NCBI GenBank assembly: GCA_014799765.1
Contig: JAAVHK010000136.1
Coordinates: forward strand, 1-60,328
DNA: 60,328 nucleotides
Origin: Ruminococcus sp.
GTDB lineage: Bacteria; Bacillota; Clostridia; Oscillospirales; Ruminococcaceae
Direction: 5' to 3'
Position 1 is the first letter of the stretch; each line of letters starts with the position of its first letter. Positions 28,359-38,395 of this stretch are shown here, in pieces. The position numbers and the translations under genes are program-made. Under the pieces are notes generated by a model. That model was not told where the DNA came from. It saw nothing but the letters and a program-made list of their open reading frames with translations, and did not search any database.

Positions 28359-29525
28359 GTGTCGCTTTATGACGAGAATGACATTGTAGAAATCAAGAAT
28401 CATGAAAAAAGAAAGAAAAAACTCACAAGATTTTTAATATTTATTGTTATCTCCGGAATAATTGCAGGATTGTATTTCACTAAGGATATGTGGTATGATA
28501 AAATACGTGGTATAGGCAGGCAGTACAAGACTATAGAAAATACCGGTATTCTTGCAGAGGGTAATTTCCCGATTGAAATAAACGGTGAATATAATTACCA
28601 GCTCCGTCAGACACAGAATAATTTCATTATTTTAAGCGATATACATATTTTTTTCTATAATACCAACGGTACATTAATAAGAAAACGTCAGCATACGTAT
28701 ACTAATGCAGTACTTCAGGCGGAAAACGGTAAGGCACTTATATACGAAAACGGCGGTGACGATATCTGCATTGAGGACGAGGACGGTATTATATATCAGA
28801 ATACTTTCAGTAATAATATAAGATTTGCACGTATCAGCCATGAGGGTTATACAGCAGTCGTGACAACTTCTGAAAATTATGACTGTGAAATTATTGTATT
28901 CGATAATAAGGGAAGTATTATCTATGAAAGAAAATGTATGGAACACGTAGATGACATAAGCTTTATAAATCAGAGCGGTGGTTGTGTGATCAGCTACATG
29001 ATGGCGGAAAACGGTTCACTTACAACGGTGGTACAGAAAATAGATTTTTCAGAAAGCGTCGAAAACTGGACTTCACCGGGGCTTGATACAGCAGGTCTCG
29101 ATGTATACGGCTATAGTGACGGTGCTTTTGTACTCGGTATTGATGCATGTGGTTACATAAATGAAAACGGTCAGATAAGTTCATACTACAAATACGACGG
29201 TGACTTAGCCGGTGGGGCAAGTGTGGACGGTATGTCAGCCGTTATCATAAACAACGATGACAGACGTAAATATATTATGGTACTTTTCAGCGGAAACAGT
29301 TCTGAACCTCTTATTATTGATTTAGGTCAGGAAGCTGTCGACGTTACAGTATATGACAATCTTGCTTACGTAATGTGCAAAGGGGAAATAAGAGCTTATG
29401 ACTTCGACGGCGAAATACGTTCAAAGGCTTCAATAAGCGATTCCTATTCCGGTTTTGCAAGAAGCAAGGATTATATTTTTCTGAAAGGCTATAATAAAAT
29501 CGACAGAATTGACTATGAAAGCTGA
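28359..29525 (+). CDS. Membrane-anchored beta-propeller-like protein (DUF5711-like)
   Basis: Basic N-terminus, single TM helix, beta-rich repeats; family assigned from recall and from its position upstream of a CvpA-like gene. Confidence 0.6.
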   Translation: MSLYDENDIVEIKNHEKRKKKLTRFLIFIVISGIIAGLYFTKDMWYDKIRGIGRQYKTIENTGILAEGNFPIEINGEYNYQLRQTQNNFIILSDIHIFFYNTNGTLIRKRQHTYTNAVLQAENGKALIYENGGDDICIEDEDGIIYQNTFSNNIRFARISHEGYTAVVTTSENYDCEIIVFDNKGSIIYERKCMEHVDDISFINQSGGCVISYMMAENGSLTTVVQKIDFSESVENWTSPGLDTAGLDVYGYSDGAFVLGIDACGYINENGQISSYYKYDGDLAGGASVDGMSAVIINNDDRRKYIMVLFSGNSSEPLIIDLGQEAVDVTVYDNLAYVMCKGEIRAYDFDGEIRSKASISDSYSGFARSKDYIFLKGYNKIDRIDYES

Positions 29526-29575
29526 TATTTATTTTTTCCGGAAAGGAGGCAGGCATATAAGTATATAAATACTTT

Positions 29576-30487
29576 ATGTACAATAAAATGAAAGAAGAAT
29601 TATGGTGGCTATATGATATTATAGCTCTGGTGGCAGTAGTGCTGTGTTGCTGGCTGTCGGCAAGAAAGGGAATATTCAGGGGTGCAATAGTGCTTATAGG
29701 CTGTATACTCGGTGTTGCACTTGCATTTCCTGTAAGTTCGTCCGTTTCAGAAAGCATATATAAGACAGTAGTACGTGACAATAACGTTAAAACCCTTGAT
29801 AAGTCACTTGGTGAGGTTGAAGTTTCTGAATACCTCGGAAAAGCACTCGAAAATATGGGTTATAACGTAATCGTCAGCGGTGAAAAACTTAATGCTATTC
29901 TTGATTCCGATAAGGATATTGACGAACAGATTTATAAATATCTGAATAACATAAACGGAAAAAAAGTCGATAATGAAGAAAATTTCCGTGTAAATCTTTA
30001 TGGTGCGTATGCTGAGGCAATAAGCGATATATTTTCAGATGATATAGGCGTTTATGCCATGAAAACCGCTGAAAATAAAATACGTACCGGAAAAACTGAT
30101 GCCGGAAATGTTCTGAAAATGATGCGTGCCGGCGAAAACCGCAGGGATATTGCTGAAATAATCGCAGATGACTACATAAATGACGCTTATATTACTGTAA
30201 TAAAACTTGTTGCGTTTATGATATTATTTGCAGTAATGCTTTTTATCGGTATTCTTACGGCAAATTCACTTTCAGGAGGTATGCGTGATGTTGATTTAAG
30301 TACAGGTGCAAAAATCGGCGGTGGTATATGCGGACTTTTCACAGGTGTGACGGTTATAATTTTTATAGCTGTTCTTGTGAAGCTATGTATTGTCATGGGA
30401 AGCAATCAGGAATTATTTTTTAATAACAATGCTATTGACAAAACTTATATTTTCAGGTATGCTTATAATATCGCAGATAAACTGTAA
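29576..30487 (+). CDS. CvpA-family membrane protein
   Basis: DII...ARKG N-terminal TM hairpin, GGICG TM near the C-terminus. Confidence 0.7.
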   Translation: MYNKMKEELWWLYDIIALVAVVLCCWLSARKGIFRGAIVLIGCILGVALAFPVSSSVSESIYKTVVRDNNVKTLDKSLGEVEVSEYLGKALENMGYNVIVSGEKLNAILDSDKDIDEQIYKYLNNINGKKVDNEENFRVNLYGAYAEAISDIFSDDIGVYAMKTAENKIRTGKTDAGNVLKMMRAGENRRDIAEIIADDYINDAYITVIKLVAFMILFAVMLFIGILTANSLSGGMRDVDLSTGAKIGGGICGLFTGVTVIIFIAVLVKLCIVMGSNQELFFNNNAIDKTYIFRYAYNIADKL

Positions 30488-30551
30488 TGATATGTTACAT
30501 ATTTCCGTATAATATCTTACGGAAAAATCAAAAACTAATAACAGGGGAGAA

Positions 30552-32882
30552 ATGCATTATATGATGATGTGCAGTAAATGTAAAAAAAGACCGGCGGTTG
30601 TATTTATTACTTCCGTACAGGGAACTGAAAAAAAGAATGAGGGACTTTGTCTTTCATGTGCAAATGAAATGAAAATACCACAGATTTCTGAGTACATGGA
30701 CAGATTCAATATAACACAGGACGAAATTGACCAGATTTCTGACCAGATGATGAATATGCTGGACGGCGACAGTTTTGAAATGGGTGGTTCAGGTCTTATG
30801 CCCGACTTTTTGTCAAATATGTTCGGTATGAACAATGATTCAAAAAACAAGCCTTTCGGTGAAATTGAACGCAAAAATTCCGACGAAAACAAGCCGGAAC
30901 GTGAAAAACGTAGTCTTTTCGGCAACAGACGTGAAAAAAAATCAAAGGAACTGAAATTCCTCGGCACTTATTGTACCAATCTTTCAAAGAAAGCCTCCGA
31001 CGGTGAACTTGATAACATTATAGGACGTGACAAGGAAATTGCACGTGTAGTACAGATTCTTTCAAGACGTACTAAAAATAATCCGTGTCTTATTGGTGAA
31101 CCAGGTGTAGGAAAAACAGCTATTGCCGAGGGTATCGCACAACGCATAAATGAAGGTAATGTACCATTCAATCTCGCCGACAAAAAAGTTTATCTGCTTG
31201 ACCTTACCGCACTTGTCGCCGGAACACAGTTCAGAGGACAGTTTGAAAGCCGTGTGAAAGGTCTCGTTGACGAGGTTAAGAAAGAGGGAAATATTATCCT
31301 CTTTATTGACGAAGTTCACAATCTCGTAGGAGCAGGCGATTCTGAGGGTTCAATGAACGCCGCCAATATTCTTAAACCTGCTCTTTCAAGAGGTGAAATT
31401 CAGGTAATTGGTGCTACTACTTTCAGCGAATACAGAAAATATATCGAAAAGGATTCTGCACTTGAAAGACGTTTCCAGCCCGTGACAGTAGCTGAACCCA
31501 CTGTTGAAGAAACTGTTGATGTACTTCTCGGCATAAAGAAGTACTATGAAAATTATCACAGAGTGCATATTTCTGATTATCTCGTGAGGGTATGTGCTGT
31601 ATTGTCAGAAAGATATATTACTGACCGTTTCTTACCGGATAAGGCTATTGACTTACTCGACGAAGGTTGTGCAAGGGCTTGTATACGTTCACCCGAAATC
31701 GCTGAATATGATAAAGTGAAAAAGGAAATTGCAGTCCTTGAAGGTATGGAAAAAAATATTTCCGAACAGACAGAACCCGATTATCAGGCACTCGCCGAAG
31801 TAAAGGGTAAACTTATACGCACTCGTGAAAAGGAAGCTGAACTTAGGGAAAAAGCCGAAAATGTTCAGGTTGCCGAAGAGGATATAACCAAAGTAGTAGA
31901 GTTATGGACCGGTATTCCGGCAAGCAAGATTGCAGAAACAGAATTTCTTAAAATAGCACGTCTTGAAGGTGCATTGAAGAAACGTGTTTTAGGTCAGGAC
32001 GAAGCCGTTGAAACTCTCTCGAAAGCTATAAAGCGTACACGTGTAAGACTGAATAAACGTCGCAGACCGGCATCATTTATATTTGTAGGTCCTACAGGTG
32101 TCGGAAAAACTGAACTCGTAAAGGCTCTTGCAGAAGAAATGTTCGATTCCACTGAACCGCTTATCAGACTTGATATGACCGAATATATGGAAAAGCATTC
32201 CGTTGCAAGAATGATAGGCTCGCCCCCCGGATATGTAGGTTACGACGAGGCAGGACAGCTTACCGAAAAAGTACGTCGCCGTCCGTACTCGGTTATACTT
32301 TTCGACGAGATTGAAAAGGCACACCCCGATGTAATGAATATTCTTATGCAGATTCTTGACGAGGGTAAAGTTGACGACGCACACGGCAGGACTATAAATT
32401 TTGAAAATACTATAATCTGTATGACTTCAAATGCCGGTTCTACTGATAAGTCTGTAGGTGTGGGCTTCAACAGGACTGAAAATGAAATCTCACGTGACAA
32501 GGCTATGAAAGGTCTGCGAGAGTTCCTCAGACCTGAATTTATAAGCCGTATTGACGAAGTTGTTGTATTCAGACAGCTTGACAAAAAAGACTTCGCAAGT
32601 ATTGCTTCGCTTATGCTTGACGAGATGATAGAACCTCTTGCAGAAAAGAACTTAAGTATCAGTTACGACAGTAAAGCACTTTCGCTTATAGCTGAAAAGT
32701 CGTATGGCAAGCCATATGGTGCAAGGGATATACGCCGTGTAATCCGTCAGGAAGTTGAAGACAGGATTTCTGAAATAATTATCGAAAATATTTCAGGAAT
32801 AAAAGGTATTGATGTATCGGCTGACGGTGAGAATATAATCGTCACCGAAAGAAAAAAAGGAGCGACAGAAAATGAAGTTTAA
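30552..32882 (+). CDS. ATP-dependent Clp protease ATPase (ClpC/ClpE-like, N-terminal Zn finger)
   Basis: CSKC...CLSC; two AAA+ modules ([16 protein letters not shown]), [11 protein letters not shown] ClpP-docking motif. Confidence 0.93.
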   Translation: MHYMMMCSKCKKRPAVVFITSVQGTEKKNEGLCLSCANEMKIPQISEYMDRFNITQDEIDQISDQMMNMLDGDSFEMGGSGLMPDFLSNMFGMNNDSKNKPFGEIERKNSDENKPEREKRSLFGNRREKKSKELKFLGTYCTNLSKKASDGELDNIIGRDKEIARVVQILSRRTKNNPCLIGEPGVGKTAIAEGIAQRINEGNVPFNLADKKVYLLDLTALVAGTQFRGQFESRVKGLVDEVKKEGNIILFIDEVHNLVGAGDSEGSMNAANILKPALSRGEIQVIGATTFSEYRKYIEKDSALERRFQPVTVAEPTVEETVDVLLGIKKYYENYHRVHISDYLVRVCAVLSERYITDRFLPDKAIDLLDEGCARACIRSPEIAEYDKVKKEIAVLEGMEKNISEQTEPDYQALAEVKGKLIRTREKEAELREKAENVQVAEEDITKVVELWTGIPASKIAETEFLKIARLEGALKKRVLGQDEAVETLSKAIKRTRVRLNKRRRPASFIFVGPTGVGKTELVKALAEEMFDSTEPLIRLDMTEYMEKHSVARMIGSPPGYVGYDEAGQLTEKVRRRPYSVILFDEIEKAHPDVMNILMQILDEGKVDDAHGRTINFENTIICMTSNAGSTDKSVGVGFNRTENEISRDKAMKGLREFLRPEFISRIDEVVVFRQLDKKDFASIASLMLDEMIEPLAEKNLSISYDSKALSLIAEKSYGKPYGARDIRRVIRQEVEDRISEIIIENISGIKGIDVSADGENIIVTERKKGATENEV

Positions 32883-33558
32883 AACATTGGCAGTAGTTGC
32901 CGTATTGTGTCTCAGTGTATTTTCATGCAGTGAAAAGAATAATTCCGCACCGGAAGTAAATTCCGGAATCGTTATGAGTACAGGCGATTATGACAGCGAC
33001 ACAATAAACTTACCGGAAAGTAAAAAAGCTATGGAACAGAATTTCAAAGATGTTCCCGACAGTGATAACGGACCTTTAATAAGCATCGGAAATGTTACCG
33101 CAAAAGCCGGTGAAATCGCCGAAGTTAAAGTATACGTTGAAGGGGCTGACCTCAACTGGAGCAGTTGTGGTATACATCTGACATATCCCGATATTCTGCA
33201 ATGTGTCTATCCGGAAAATGACAATATGTTTCTTAAATATAAAGCCGGTGTGGCTTCGGAATTTAATACCGGTATAGTCGCTATGGAGTGGAAAAAAGAA
33301 AGTACCCCACCGGCTGAACTTACTGAAAATGGACTTGGTACTATGTTCTTTACCGTAATGTTCAGCGGTAACACCGGTCAGGACGGCGAAATTTTAACAC
33401 TTTATCTCAAAGTGCCGGAAGATGCAGAATCCGGTACAGTTTATCCGGTAGGATTCTATTATCTTGCTACCGATATGTTCAGAAATACCGATAATGATTC
33501 CTCATTTGAAAAATATGCCTTTGAACATATGAAAGCCGGTACTATAACAGTCGAATAA
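32872..33558 (+). CDS. Lipoprotein with a single cohesin domain
   Basis: Lipobox VFSC; ISIGNVTAKAGEIAEVKVYVEGA...DGEILTLYLKVPEDAESGTVYPV...GTITVE matches the Ruminococcus cohesin pattern. Confidence 0.8.
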   Translation: MKFKTLAVVAVLCLSVFSCSEKNNSAPEVNSGIVMSTGDYDSDTINLPESKKAMEQNFKDVPDSDNGPLISIGNVTAKAGEIAEVKVYVEGADLNWSSCGIHLTYPDILQCVYPENDNMFLKYKAGVASEFNTGIVAMEWKKESTPPAELTENGLGTMFFTVMFSGNTGQDGEILTLYLKVPEDAESGTVYPVGFYYLATDMFRNTDNDSSFEKYAFEHMKAGTITVE

Positions 33559-33596
33559 AAAAAGGGACAGGAATTTAATTCCTGTCCTGCTTTTTT
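33557..33596. terminator. Bidirectional terminator
   Basis: A-run, GGACAGGAAT-TTA-ATTCCTGTCC, T-run; between convergent genes. Confidence 0.8.
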
Positions 33597-33825
33597 ACTG
33601 CATATTCTGTAAAGCTACGTCGACAGCCTGTGTGTCGAATCCTATAACCGTCGTATTTCCTATGACCGTAACCGGAAGTGAAGATTGTCCGGTTAGTTTC
33701 CTGACGTGTCTTGAATTATACGGTTCACGGGCGTTTATAGTCCGGAAAGTAACGCCTTTCTGGTCAAGATAATGTCGCATACGTCTGCACCATATGCAGT
33801 TTTCGGAAAAATATACTTCAATCAT
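33595..33825 (-). CDS. Glutaredoxin/NrdH-like redoxin
   Basis: CIWC active site, GQSSLPV, IGFD; AGGAG RBS before ATG 33825. Confidence 0.85.
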   Translation of the reverse strand: MIEVYFSENCIWCRRMRHYLDQKGVTFRTINAREPYNSRHVRKLTGQSSLPVTVIGNTTVIGFDTQAVDVALQNMQ

Positions 33826-33912
33826 TTTTTTACAGCTCCTTTCCTGATTTCCTGTACGGTTTTCTGTAATCATATTATCGGAGTTTTATGCCGGATTATT
33901 CAGAAAAATCAT

Positions 33913-34899
33913 TTATTTTTCTATTTTGCAGTCCGGATAGTAATGTGTAAGAATTTCCCTCCATGTTTTGCCTTCTTCTGCCATAGAGTTCGCACCGTGC
34001 TGGCTCATACCGACACCATGTCCGAAACCTTTCGTTGTGATTACTGCTGTTTCGCCGTCGTAGGTTATATCGAAACACGCTGAACGCAAGCCGAGTATTT
34101 CTCTTATGTCGTTACCGCTTACCTTGAAATCTCCTACCATAGCCGATAATACCGTACCGGAATCCGAAACGGCATTTATTGTTATCCATGATGTGAAGTC
34201 ATCACTTAAACTTATTCCGGAAAATTTTTCGCATAAAATCTGCCTTAACTGTTCCTTTTCGTATCGTACTTCTTTGAGATATTCCGGCTCTGAAATATCG
34301 TAACTGCTGTCTACTGGTATCAAGTAATCAACACTTGTCCCCCATGCATTTTCAGCACTTTCTGTTTTTCCGGATGACATTGAATGAAATGCCGATATAA
34401 TAGGTTCGTCGTTGTAAGTTATTATGTAAGGTAATACTTCACTTACGGCATTATCTATTTTTTCATAATATTCCGCAAAATTGTCACCGTAATATTCAAG
34501 TGCCTGATTTTTCGTGAAATATCCCTGATACTTATTTGTATCGTTGGAAAAATCTGCACCACATAATTCCGGAGTAGGCGAATTACGTTCCATTATTCGC
34601 TGACGTTCCGCATAAGTATGTGCCGATACCGCCTGTGCTTTGAGGGCTTCTTCATTGAAAGATGCGGGCATTTCCGCACATACCGCCCCGACGACATAGG
34701 TTTTTTCGTCGACTTCCATTACTTCGCCGGTTGAGACGTCCAGCACTTTATACGGTTCGCCGGTATATAATACAGTTTCTGGTTTTTCATTTTCCGTGAC
34801 AGCCCCCACATTTCCGGAAAATATTACTGGTACTGCCGGAAGTACCGCTATCGAAACAGTTAAAAAAATTAATCCTGAAAAATATCTTTTCATTTTCAC
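33913..34899 (-). CDS. spoIID: Stage II sporulation protein D
   Basis: AEMPASF.EEALKAQAV, GFGHGVGMSQ.GA..MA, IL.HYYP; alternative start 34893. Confidence 0.92.
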   Translation of the reverse strand: MKMKRYFSGLIFLTVSIAVLPAVPVIFSGNVGAVTENEKPETVLYTGEPYKVLDVSTGEVMEVDEKTYVVGAVCAEMPASFNEEALKAQAVSAHTYAERQRIMERNSPTPELCGADFSNDTNKYQGYFTKNQALEYYGDNFAEYYEKIDNAVSEVLPYIITYNDEPIISAFHSMSSGKTESAENAWGTSVDYLIPVDSSYDISEPEYLKEVRYEKEQLRQILCEKFSGISLSDDFTSWITINAVSDSGTVLSAMVGDFKVSGNDIREILGLRSACFDITYDGETAVITTKGFGHGVGMSQHGANSMAEEGKTWREILTHYYPDCKIEK

Positions 34900-34920
34900 A
34901 GTTACCTCACACTAAAGTAT

Positions 34921-34949
34921 TTGACATAATGCTCCGTTTGGTGTATAAT
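34921..34949 (+). promoter_or_regulatory. SigA promoter of the citrate synthase operon
   Basis: TTGACA-17 nt-TATAAT with TG extension. Confidence 0.75.
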
Positions 34950-34978
34950 TATAATATGGAAAATTTTTAAGGAGTGTT

Positions 34979-36361
34979 TTGTATATGCCAATAAATTCGG
35001 GTTTCAATATTAAAAATTTATGCAGTGAACTGGTAGAAAATTCCAGTATATCACCATCTCTCTATGACAAGTACCATGTCAAGAGGGGTCTCAGAAACAG
35101 TGACGGTACAGGTGTTGTAGCCGGTATCACAAATATATGTAACGTTCATGGTTATGTACTGAACGAAGGGGAAGTTGAGGCTATCCCTGGTGAACTCATC
35201 TACAGAGGTTATAACATAAATGACCTTGTAAACAATGTTGAGGAAGAAAACCGTTTCGGTTATGAAGAAACTGTTTTCCTGCTCCTGTTCGGACATCTTC
35301 CGACTGAAAAGGAACTTTCACAATTTAATGCCTACATCTCTTTAAGACGTGACCTTCCGAGCGGTTTCGTTGAAGATATGATACTTAAAGCACCGTCAAA
35401 AAATATAATGAACAAACTTTCACGTTCTGTACTCGCTTTGTACTCTTATGATGACGAATGCGAAGATAAAAGTCTTGAAACAGAAATGCGTACAGCCATA
35501 GGACTTATAGCGAAACTTCCGGTAATAATGGCGGCAGCGTATCAGGTAAAAAGACGTGTATTTGACAATCAGAGCATGATTATGCATCCTATCAACTACG
35601 AGGAAAACACCGCACAGTGTATATTATCGCTTTTACGTCCGGACAGGCAGTACACCGACGACGAAGCTAAAATGTTAGACCGCTTACTTATGTTACAGGC
35701 TGAACACGGTGGCGGTAACAACTCTACTTTTACCTGTCGTGTACTTACTTCTTCCGGTACTGACCCTTATGCTGCTTATTCTTCCGCTATAAGTGCCTTG
35801 AAAGGTTTCCGACATGGTGGGGCGAATATACAGGTAATAAATATGCTTGACAACTTCAAGGCAAACATAAAAAACTGGAGTGATGAGGGCGAAGTCGCCG
35901 ATTATATGCGTAGGACTATCCGCAAGGAAACTAATGACGGTTCGGGACTTATTTACGGTATGGGTCATGCTGTATATACTGTTTCTGACCCTCGTGCATT
36001 GATTCTCAAGAAAAAAGCCTTTGAACTCGCTGAAGGCAAGGAAATTGAAGCGGAATTCCGTTTACTCGAAACTATCGAAAGACTTACTCCGGAAATTTTT
36101 GCTGAAATGAAAGGCAATACTAAAGCTATGTGTGCCAACGTTGATATGTATTCCGGTCTCGTATACAGAATGTTAGGTATACCCGACGAACTCTTCACAC
36201 CACTCTTTGCGGTTGCAAGAATGGCTGGCTGGTCTGCACACCGTATGGAAGAAATCATAACTGGTAAAAGAATTATCCGTCCGGCATATAAGGCTATCGC
36301 TAAAGAAAAAAGTTACGTAAAATTATCCGAAAGGGCTTCCGCATATAAACGGGAAATATGA
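34979..36361 (+). CDS. gltA: Citrate synthase (Si-type family)
   Basis: LIYRGY, AEHGGGNNST, HGGAN, GMGHAVY..DPR, NVDMYSG, IIRP. Confidence 0.92.
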   Translation: MYMPINSGFNIKNLCSELVENSSISPSLYDKYHVKRGLRNSDGTGVVAGITNICNVHGYVLNEGEVEAIPGELIYRGYNINDLVNNVEEENRFGYEETVFLLLFGHLPTEKELSQFNAYISLRRDLPSGFVEDMILKAPSKNIMNKLSRSVLALYSYDDECEDKSLETEMRTAIGLIAKLPVIMAAAYQVKRRVFDNQSMIMHPINYEENTAQCILSLLRPDRQYTDDEAKMLDRLLMLQAEHGGGNNSTFTCRVLTSSGTDPYAAYSSAISALKGFRHGGANIQVINMLDNFKANIKNWSDEGEVADYMRRTIRKETNDGSGLIYGMGHAVYTVSDPRALILKKKAFELAEGKEIEAEFRLLETIERLTPEIFAEMKGNTKAMCANVDMYSGLVYRMLGIPDELFTPLFAVARMAGWSAHRMEEIITGKRIIRPAYKAIAKEKSYVKLSERASAYKREI

Positions 36362-37668
36362 AAATTCTTGAATTATTTGTTATTCCTCTTGTACTTCTTC
36401 TTACTGGCTGTGTGTTCAGTTCGAGTATAGACAGTCTGATGTCACCGCCTAAACTGAGCGTCGAACAGGAACAGATTTACAAGGCACTTACTGATGCTAC
36501 AGGTACTTCTATAAGCCTGAAATATCCAAAATCCGGAAAATATCTGTCGGCATTCATAGTCGAGGACATTGACGGCGACAGCGAATCCGAAGCGGTTGTT
36601 TTCTATGAAAAAAACAGTATCGCTCTTGAAGAAAATTCGTTGAGAATAAATATTCTTGACCGTTCTGACGGTAAATGGCGGTCTGTCTGCGATACTCCCG
36701 CAAAAGGTGCGGAAATCGAAAAAGTAATGATTTCAAAATTAGGCTCTAATGAACGTACTAATCTTATTATAGGAAGCAGTCTGATAAACCGTTCGGAAAA
36801 AAACGTCTCAATATATAATTATTCCGACGGTAATATTGAAGAAACTTTTTCAGAATCCTATTCATTTATAGATGTTACGGACTTCGACGGCGACGAGGAA
36901 AACGAATTACTGTTATTATCGGGGGCGACTTTCGGGAATACCGCCAGAGCTGAAACTTTCCGTCTTAAAGAAGACGGTCTTTATTACAGATACAGTTGTA
37001 ATCTCAGCGGAAATTTTACCGAATTTGATAATCTCAGTTACGGCAAAATAGACGACGAACACACCGGTCTTTATATAGATGCCGTAACCGGTACAGGACT
37101 TATTCAGACTGATATTGTCTATATGGATAACACCAGTTTAAGAAAAGTTTTTTCCACGGCGGACGAATCTTCTTTTACGGTCAGACCGTCAGGGTGTAAC
37201 TCTTTCGATATCGACGGCGACGGTGTACCGGAAATACCTGTACAGAAAATTTCATCAGGTTATGAGAACGTCTCCGAAAGCGAACAGATTAAAATTACAG
37301 AATGGTTTTTTGTCGGGAAAAACAACAAACTCGAAAAGAAATATACTTCATATTACGATATAAATGACGGTTATATATTTGTATTTCCGGAAAAATGGGA
37401 AAATCATGTCACCATAAAACACGATTTCATAAATGACGAAATAGTTTTCTGTGCCTACGACGACGGCAAAACCGGCAGGGAATTGTTAAGGATTTATTTT
37501 TCTGCTGATACACTGTCACTGGAAGACAGAATTTCTAACGGATATATGTTACTGCATACCAAAGGCGATTCCGCATATCTTGCCTACATACCGTTTCAGG
37601 ACGGTAACGACGACGGTCTTTCAGTCAGTGAGGGCGATGTTGCAGTAGGTTTCAGGTGCAGAGAGTAA
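36358..37668 (+). CDS. Lipoprotein with DxDGD repeats
   Basis: Lipobox LTGC; DIDGDSESE, DFDGDEENE, DIDGDGVPE. Confidence 0.75.
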   Translation: MKILELFVIPLVLLLTGCVFSSSIDSLMSPPKLSVEQEQIYKALTDATGTSISLKYPKSGKYLSAFIVEDIDGDSESEAVVFYEKNSIALEENSLRINILDRSDGKWRSVCDTPAKGAEIEKVMISKLGSNERTNLIIGSSLINRSEKNVSIYNYSDGNIEETFSESYSFIDVTDFDGDEENELLLLSGATFGNTARAETFRLKEDGLYYRYSCNLSGNFTEFDNLSYGKIDDEHTGLYIDAVTGTGLIQTDIVYMDNTSLRKVFSTADESSFTVRPSGCNSFDIDGDGVPEIPVQKISSGYENVSESEQIKITEWFFVGKNNKLEKKYTSYYDINDGYIFVFPEKWENHVTIKHDFINDEIVFCAYDDGKTGRELLRIYFSADTLSLEDRISNGYMLLHTKGDSAYLAYIPFQDGNDDGLSVSEGDVAVGFRCRE

Positions 37669-37693
37669 TTTATTTAAAGGAGTTGAAATTTTT

Positions 37694-38395
37694 TTGAAAC
37701 GTATACTTATATGCGAAGATGAAGCGACTATACGTGAATTTGTCGTGATAAATCTTCAGAGAGCAGGCTATGAAGTAGTCGATGTTGATTGCGGTGAATC
37801 GGCTCTAAAAACTTTTGAAATGGAACACGGTAATTTTGATATAGTTCTTCTTGATATAATGATGCCCGGTATTGACGGCTTTACAGTATGCAAGAAAATC
37901 CGTGAAAAAAGTTCCACGGTAGGTATTATCATGCTTACCGCACGTACTCAGGAAATGGATAAAGTCAGCGGTCTTATGATTGGTGCAGATGACTATATTA
38001 CAAAACCTTTTTCACCGTCGGAACTCACCGCAAGAGTTGACGCTATTTACAGACGTGTCTGTATGAGTTTCATTAAAAATGAAAAACAATCCGTTATAGA
38101 ATCCGGTCCTTTTTCGCTGAATCTCAAAAGCCGTACCGTAACAAAAAACGGAAAACAAATCGAACTCACACAGGTGGAATATCAGATACTTGAATTTTTT
38201 ATGAATAACAAAAATACCGCCCTTGACCGTGCAAGCATACTCAATCACATATGGGGCGAAAGTTATTACGGCGACGACAAAATAGTTGACGTTAATATAA
38301 GAAGAATCCGTATGAAAATTGAAGACGAACCTTCAAGCCCTAAATATATTATTACCATATGGGGTTATGGTTATAAATGGAATGATACTCAGTAA
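37694..38395 (+). CDS. OmpR-family response regulator
   Basis: ED, LLDIMMP, GADDYITKPF, winged helix ITIWGYGYK. Confidence 0.95.
   Translation: MKRILICEDEATIREFVVINLQRAGYEVVDVDCGESALKTFEMEHGNFDIVLLDIMMPGIDGFTVCKKIREKSSTVGIIMLTARTQEMDKVSGLMIGADDYITKPFSPSELTARVDAIYRRVCMSFIKNEKQSVIESGPFSLNLKSRTVTKNGKQIELTQVEYQILEFFMNNKNTALDRASILNHIWGESYYGDDKIVDVNIRRIRMKIEDEPSSPKYIITIWGYGYKWNDTQ

Noticed and set aside
29540-29576. Strong AGGAGG 26 nt upstream of the CvpA-like ATG
   Set aside because: No start codon at usable spacing (followed by ATA TAA); could be chance or a decayed start and cannot be supported further.
30502-30525. Inverted repeat TTTCCGTA-N8-TACGGAAA before the Clp ATPase
   Set aside because: Matches neither the CtsR direct repeat nor CIRCE and has no U-tract; a single weak AT-rich palindrome.
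34900-34960. SigE promoter for spoIID
   Set aside because: A weak -10-like AATACTTT is present but no -35 at the proper spacing, so it is not supportable.
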